64,000 nt of DNA, taken from IMG/VR virus record IMGVR_UViG_3300032050_000011; one strand, given 5' to 3'. Of the stretch, positions 61,584 to 64,000 are shown piece after piece (position 1 is the stretch's first letter; every line of letters starts with the position of its first letter). The stretch is from a virus. The notes below the pieces were generated by a model, which was given only the letters and a program-made list of their open reading frames with translations, was not told the origin of the DNA and did not search any database. The position numbers and the translations under genes are program-made.

Positions 61584-63705
61584 ACGCAATTATTCTAGGT
61601 TGGCTTTTCATAGGATCAGTCGTAAATCTTTTCATACATTACAGAAACGCTGATAAATTTGGCACTGCACTTATGGGTGGACAGCTCAACATACTTGTAT
61701 TTCTACTTATGGGCTTCACTAATCATATACTTTGGCCACTCGCTCTCTACACCGAACTCACTAGAAAACTCTGACAGATTCGATATTAATACATGAGAGT
61801 TAGTGATAAAATTCAGATAGTTGAAAATTTTTTGGCATGCTTGGACAAACTTGTTGAATTTACTCAAGTAGAATCAGATACTGGCATTGAGACTAGTGAT
61901 CTAGTTCTAGTTCTAAGAATTGGAATTTATATAGATTAAATGCTAGAACAGATTAACCCCGCTGTTCTATCATCGGGCACAACTAATAGGATTTGGTTGT
62001 GCCCTCTTTATAAGAGGAATATGCTGCCAGAAGGATCGAAGTCCATAATAAAACTAATATCTTTTCTAGATAATCTAGATTTATTGATTTTTTATAGCGG
62101 AAATTCAGAAACACTCATGTGGGAGTTTGCTACTCCCGGAACAAAAATAGGTCAAAAACTGGAGGTACTAGATGCTAAGCTCTACACAGATGAAATATAT
62201 CGAGCTAGAGAAGAAGAAAGAGGCTTACAAGAAGTTCTTGGAAGAATTAAAGGAGGCTACTCAGGCAGTAGTGAATGAAGTCGGAGTCGGCGGTCATTTT
62301 CAAGATGCTGAAGGTACCGTTTATCAGGTTGAAGAATCTGACGGGAAATTCGTGTACTTTGACAGATTCGAAATTAAACGCACGAGACGTAGTGGCGAAA
62401 AATCTGGCACACTATCTCTAACAAAAGCAAAAGAACTAGGTTATGGAGTAGCATAGCTTGTTAAATTTCAAACGTTTTAGGAGTTACCATGTCTATTTTT
62501 AAAGATCGTGTCTATGAAGAGATGGATGACATATCCAGGCTTATTGAGCCATATCAATGTGGTCTGAACGAAGACCTATCGAAGTTTCCAGATAGGCTAG
62601 AAATTGATCCAGATCAGCTAGAGTCTACATGGGGAACAAACGTGCGTGATATAGTTAGAAGATATGCAAAATCTGCGGAGCTCAATGCTCTTTCAGAAAA
62701 CGTCTGGGACCTAGATCCTAATTTCTTTCAGTTTGAGATAGTTAACTCAGAAGGTGAGCAAACAGATTCACTGCGTTACAATTTTGCTACTAAAGAAATA
62801 GACGGCAAAATTTTTCTAGTGAAGAAAATGTTCTGCGTTGAAGACGACGGTGTCATGAACATAATTATTAAAAATGTAGAAAATAAACTTAGCATGTATA
62901 ATCGTCACGCTGATTCAAAAAGAATAAATGAGATTGCTGATCTATTCAATGCAGAAGAAGTAAAGCAGAAAAGATCAGCCAGTAAAAAAATGCGTTGTCT
63001 AAGAAATCATATAGTTGGTCTGATTAAGTCTAAAAAGCTAGACATACGAGATGCAGAGCTTGCCGCTAGATTCAGCAACTGGATAGTGCTCTATGCTAAT
63101 GATGGAAGTTTACCTGCGCTTGCAAATATTACGAAGCTAAAAATTATGACTCATCAGAATAAACCTATATATTCAATTGATGAAAGGAGCACCGTATGAA
63201 GTTTGATGATCGCCTAAAGTCTTTAACAAGTAGTATTGATCCAGGTGCACCTCTTATAAGACTAAAGATGTCTAGTGATTTGAAGACAATAAGAGCAGAG
63301 TCGATGCCGTGGTTTCCTCCTGCCGACGATCCTAGTTTTCTAGGTCGATTAATCACTGAGTGTGTTAGACGTACTCAGACTATTAATGGCTATACGATAG
63401 ATTATGCTGCAACTAAGTCAAATATAACTGAGTCAGTTGTAGATAATTTTTCTCATCTATATACAAGGGTATCTACGAATAAAGAACCAACTAGAACCAA
63501 GACATTTAAGGCAATTAAGCAGCTGCAGCGAAAAGCACGTCGCGAAGAAGATATATTCGAAGACTTTTTTGCTATTGCAGAATACAATGATCAGGTTACT
63601 AGAGAAGACAGTATTACAAGTGTGAGCAATCAAGTTCATCGTAAAAATATACTCTATTTAATAGAGTCACTAGTGAGGAAGCATGGAAGTGAGAACAATA
63701 ACTAA
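61580..63705 (+). CDS. hypothetical proteins (61580-61774 membrane, 61793-61939, 61940-62278, 62172-62456, 62489-63199, 63196-63705)
   Basis: ORF track plus hand translation. Confidence 0.55.
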
Positions 63706-64000
63706 TGAAATGGTGCTTAAATATGCACCGATGATTGAAAGCTACATGGCTAATTCAGTTAGAAAAAACTGGAACGAGGCCTGTCTAAGTAAAAACAATG
63801 ATTGCGTAAGCTTAGGCAACAGCGGCTGGACTATGGCCGATATCCGCTCATATCTAATGACGGAAGTTTTTATAGCATTACGCAACTATAGCCCAGACCA
63901 CAATACGAAAGAGTCTACTTTTGTATATGGCCATCTTAGTAAGCGAGTTGGTTCACTAATGAAAAAACTAACAAATAAATCAAAAGGCTATGGGTTTTGG
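63689..64000 (+). CDS. divergent sigma-region-2-like protein (partial, runs off the window end)
   Basis: VLKYAPMI...DIRSYLMTEVFIALRNYSPDHNTKESTFVYGHLSKRV; not in ORF track. Confidence 0.5.
   Translation, partial: MRTITNEMVLKYAPMIESYMANSVRKNWNEACLSKNNDCVSLGNSGWTMADIRSYLMTEVFIALRNYSPDHNTKESTFVYGHLSKRVGSLMKKLTNKSKGYGFW

Larger units (their letters stand above)
20668..62374 (+). promoter_or_regulatory. dispersed ACAGAYTCGATAT motif (about 25 copies), candidate early promoter
   Basis: Copies start at 20668, 20732, 21345, 21633, 21762, 22372, 22819, 23138, 23891, 25302, 26001, 30397, 31605, 32318, 33272, 35321, 37023, 41828, 47765, 51813, 54458, 57072, 61774, 62362 (weaker copy at 20575); all + strand, mostly just upstream of an SD/ATG. 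Confidence 0.8.

Overview
This 64-kb window is a segment of a large lytic (jumbo-type) myovirus genome. Bases 1-19050 (- strand) hold a contractile-tail and neck module: baseplate spike and hub, tape measure, a -1 frameshifted chaperone pair, four tandem tube paralogs, sheath and neck genes, followed by a Nudix protein, a C-terminally truncated RpoD-like sigma factor and an ADP-ribosyltransferase. Bases 19100-37500 (+ strand) are an early/host-takeover-like region of small ORFs built from repeated terminator-motif-promoter cassettes, with one tRNA. Bases 37500-64000 carry nrdAB, clpS-clpA, two clpP, thyX, a DNA ligase, a thioredoxin, a MoxR/VWA pair, uvsE and two more sigma-region-2 proteins. 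Four patterns stand out. (1) About 35 otherwise unrelated microproteins, many too short for the ORF track, share one motif, Phi-x-x-Phi-x-[KR]-L-[GDE]-Phi-Phi. (2) An NGQWxLxK tag is fused to different cargo enzymes (ART, lytic transglycosylase, GNAT), suggesting a capsid-loading signal. (3) Two promoter classes, ACAGAYTCGATAT (about 25 copies) and TATAAT with no obvious -35 (often leaderless), mirror phage-encoded truncated FliA-like and RpoD-like sigma factors. (4) The phage encodes a complete Clp/N-degron set with an altered ClpS pocket. All functional calls come from reading motifs by eye; no database searches were run.
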